From the NCBI GenBank assembly GCA_035548815.1, contig DASZSF010000004.1:1-55260 (forward strand): a stretch of 55,260 nt of DNA, written 5' to 3'. The notes under the pieces were generated by a model. That model did not search any database. It had not been told where the DNA came from and saw nothing but the letters and a program-made list of their open reading frames with translations. Source of the stretch: Minisyncoccota bacterium. Its GTDB lineage: Bacteria > Patescibacteriota > Minisyncoccia > Phycocordibacterales > SBAW01. This document shows, piece after piece, positions 53,701 through 55,260 of the stretch; the stretch's first letter is position 1; each line of letters starts with the position of its first letter. The position numbers and the translations under genes were made by a program.

Positions 53701-55260
53701 GACCTTGCGCGTCGTGCCGTCGGTCATGCTGCCGACGATGTTGAGGCCGGCGCTGAAGATGCCTGCGCCTATTTTGCCGTCGTTGCCGTCGGATTCTCCC
53801 GCATACGGGAACTTCAGCGCATTGCCCTGCGAAATGCGGACTTCGCCATCTACGGAGAGCTTCGATTGCGGATTGGTCGTACCGATGCCCACATTGCCGC
53901 CGCTCGTGTTTTGAAGGACAAGGGAACCGCTGCTGTTTTGCGAATCAATGAAAAGCGAATTGTTGCCATTGGTGCCGAGGGCACGGATACTGTTGTAGCC
54001 GATGCCAACCCCTGCACTCAAGTTATTTGCACGCACCGCAAAAATGTTAGTGCCAAACGTGTTATCGCCACTTAATATAGAGAGCTTCTCTGTCGGCGTT
54101 GTCGTGCCGATGCCTACCCTGCCGTTGTTTCCGTTGAGGAAGAGCATCGAGCCGCCGTAGATATTGCTCTTGAAGTTGATGAACTGATGCTCCACGAACG
54201 TGCCGCCGTCGCTCGAACCGTTTATAGTTTCCAAACCGTTGCCGATCATGTGGTTGCCGTCGCCGTTGCCCGCAAGGTAAATAGGGTTGCGGTTGACCGC
54301 CACGCTGCCCGAGACGTCGAGCTTGGCGCCCGGATTCGTATTGCCGATGCCGACATTGCCGCTCCCGCCATCTATGTACATGCGTGTTGCCTGGCCGCCG
54401 AAGGAATTGCTTGAAGCGTTGAATGCGATGCCGTTGTATCCGGCGAGGTTGAGGTAGTTGCCGTTGCTCAAGCTGCCCGCGGCGCCGCGGAATATGCCGG
54501 TGTCGTAATAGCCTGTGCCGTTGGAGTCGTTGCCGAGGGCGATCGTACCCGTCTCGTTGGTGGCGCCCGTGACGCGCAACACTCCGCCGAGCACGGTCAG
54601 TTTTTCCGTCGGGCCCGTGGTGCCAATCCCCACGTTGCCGCCGGTACTGATCGTGAAGTACGGCGACCCGATGCGCTGCGTGCCGTCGTATGGCGGCGCA
54701 CCGATGACAAAATTGTTGTTTGATGCATCGATGCCTTGCGACCACACCACGCTGCCCGCGCGGGTCATTGAAATGTAGCTCGGTATGCCGTTGAGCGTGT
54801 TGTTGCGCGTCACGCCAAAGGTCCCGTACGTCCCCGTATCGAAGCCGACGCCGTCGCTTACCTCCGCAGTGCTTGTGCCGGTGAGCCGGAACGGCGTTGC
54901 CTGGCCGGAAACTGTCCCGTCGCTCACGTTAAAGGTCAATCTGTTGTATATGCCGACACCGCCGTAGAAGTTCGTATCGAGGCTCGTCTTGTAGCTGTTG
55001 TTGCCGTCGAACGTGAAAAGAAGGCCGGTGTCATTGCCGGAGACTACTGACAGTTTTTCAAGCGGATTGGTCGTCCCAATGCCCACGTTGCCCGCAGTGG
55101 CTGCGTTCAAAATAACTTTTGAAGACTCGACGGTGAACGATTTAAATGCGTTATCTGAATCATTGCCTGATTGAAGCGTCACACCATCCTGTCCGCTGTA
55201 TGGAGCGCGGACAAATAAGTGCTGGTCGGTGTCTGTTTTAATATCAAGTTTGTAAAGGGG
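50725..55260 (-). CDS. Giant fibre-like surface protein (>1,511 aa). The 5' end runs off the right edge. It has repeated GNVGIGTTNP..KL.V motifs, a C1q/TNF-like globular domain and a C-terminal Ig-like (DUF5011-like) domain.
   Basis: The track ORF begins at an internal GTG (55182). The frame stays open to 55260 by hand translation (PLYKLDIKTDTDQHLFVRAPYSGQDGV-TLQSG). There are at least 8 GNVGIGTTNP-type motifs. A C1q-like region lies at about 51835-52233 (FSVDKNGTDQS...FDTGTGRFTPTVPGKYLIRLNVY). An Ig-like region lies at about 50728-50991. Confidence 0.8.
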   Translation of the reverse strand, partial: PLYKLDIKTDTDQHLFVRAPYSGQDGVTLQSGNDSDNAFKSFTVESSKVILNAATAGNVGIGTTNPLEKLSVVSGNDTGLLFTFDGNNSYKTSLDTNFYGGVGIYNRLTFNVSDGTVSGQATPFRLTGTSTAEVSDGVGFDTGTYGTFGVTRNNTLNGIPSYISMTRAGSVVWSQGIDASNNNFVIGAPPYDGTQRIGSPYFTISTGGNVGIGTTGPTEKLTVLGGVLRVTGATNETGTIALGNDSNGTGYYDTGIFRGAAGSLSNGNYLNLAGYNGIAFNASSNSFGGQATRMYIDGGSGNVGIGNTNPGAKLDVSGSVAVNRNPIYLAGNGDGNHMIGNGLETINGSSDGGTFVEHQFINFKSNIYGGSMLFLNGNNGRVGIGTTTPTEKLSILSGDNTFGTNIFAVRANNLSAGVGIGYNSIRALGTNGNNSLFIDSQNSSGSLVLQNTSGGNVGIGTTNPQSKLSVDGEVRISQGNALKFPYAGESDGNDGKIGAGIFSAGLNIVGSMTDGTTRKVSYYGSLLQQSNDTNMLQGNLVLANNTAYQIKNSGGTAVSVLSVDGSNTTRLYSGGGIVHINPDQSSIATYINYNNGGSVYVGDGSTATNLSVNKGVLSVKAASNGSDTLTVQNTAGTKFLTFKPETATDRATIGYWTGSAWGSIDLGGSLRASAEVQSTNAVAFRAVNGNYGDMLYNDGSNFYFLLTASGDQYGGWNSLRPLTISDTSGDVSLGNGALYVQHGAAVTTSGYLYAGSTLRLNGGDTSNTIWQSTSNAALAITTNGGPVILGSGITADHLHITSSGNVGIGSTSPSATLSVLGATNTAISAYIQGGTMTGNGANGSGIVLAGGPGATGLFTAGGNGGSVSISGGAGGAGVGNGTTGYVLLQATGGNVGIGVTAPQAKLNVLSANNAGVSDLLFTYDASGNYRSGIANNFDGSTLANNKMFFLVSNASATTQATVMTLVGNGNVGIGNTNPQYKLDVSGDINVSSGSCFRVAGTCLYATGAVPAFSVDKNGTDQSVSLSTYTQLTWSHEIFDTNNNFDTGTGRFTPTVPGKYLIRLNVYCGVTGSCYAAIAKNGSALGNIVEQSGSQGNVTIATAVAIVDMNGTTDYIVGDGYSDTSTTISGSAINTNFAGSRLQGADYAEYVDPVPGTAAADYPDGSLICMQGTSPDTYGLCGRAHDDMLIGAVSNYPSYTGNDIQSDVATDLKTQWHQSHILLSMAGRVPMRVSLENGPIKVGDRITQSSVPGVGMKADPLDTSVGRALVDYGTASSTAAGAAGDDQIMVYVDPQQGTPIEAIGDALNATTSAAALAASSTAATFSGALRGAIGGIGSTVVKLFNTAVYATVGVFNKVFAHEIHTDQLCISDDSGETCITRSQLDQLLSGASSASAQNSSSGVGAAGESSASTPPNSGNASSTDTTPPALTVQGDDPAELHVGDVYSDMGVTIVDAGSPNIGYRMSLDGATSTSPAEFQLDTSTAGSHMILYSAIDEAGNTGTATRTVIISE

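Overview
This is a 55.3-kb, roughly 50% GC, densely coding fragment with most genes on the minus strand. The gene content looks like a reduced-genome CPR/Patescibacteria (Parcubacteria-like) bacterium, but that is inference from sequence alone. Support: miniaturised housekeeping proteins (245-aa PheS, 404-aa ThrRS, 151-aa EF-Ts, 737-aa SMC), a split transketolase, many type IV pilin-like genes, a giant surface protein, and mostly SD-less or leaderless starts. The standard genetic code is used, with TGA, TAA and TAG all serving as stops.

Core genes, left to right:
- a fused rpoB-rpoC ORF that runs off the left edge and is therefore missing from the ORF track
- trmD, a KH-domain protein, rpsP, rnr, smc, a secreted GH30-FN3-FN3 enzyme, rnc, a nusB-Nudix fusion, rpmF, rnhB, dnaE, thrS
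- gyrB, pheT, pheS, a GT2 synthase, tRNA-Thr(UGU), tsf, rpsB, prfA, rpmE, a peptidoglycan hydrolase, rplY, fba, a pfkB kinase
- a pentose-phosphate/glycolysis operon (gap, rpiB, rpe, tktN ... tktC)
- a >1,500-aa fibre-like protein that runs off the right edge

Most interesting observations:
1. A sortase cluster (22985-29593) with two Tyr/Gly/Cys-rich low-complexity substrates. Both carry a conserved (V/L)PYTGLDLG sorting signal, and a Tyr-rich CARDB-like protein sits alongside.
2. Four compositionally foreign GC-rich mini-cassettes. Each has a strong SD and three have clear sigma70-like promoters and terminators. Two of them interrupt the sortase cluster, and one gene carries a Tat signal.
3. 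A ~73-nt palindromic element inserted in-frame in both rnr and pheT, with a compensatory stem substitution. It resembles Rickettsia palindromic elements.
4. Five pilin genes embedded in the pentose-phosphate operon, splitting the two transketolase subunit genes. They share ~94-nt near-identical 5' modules, and one copy is frameshifted at a homopolymer run.
5. The rpoB-rpoC fusion.
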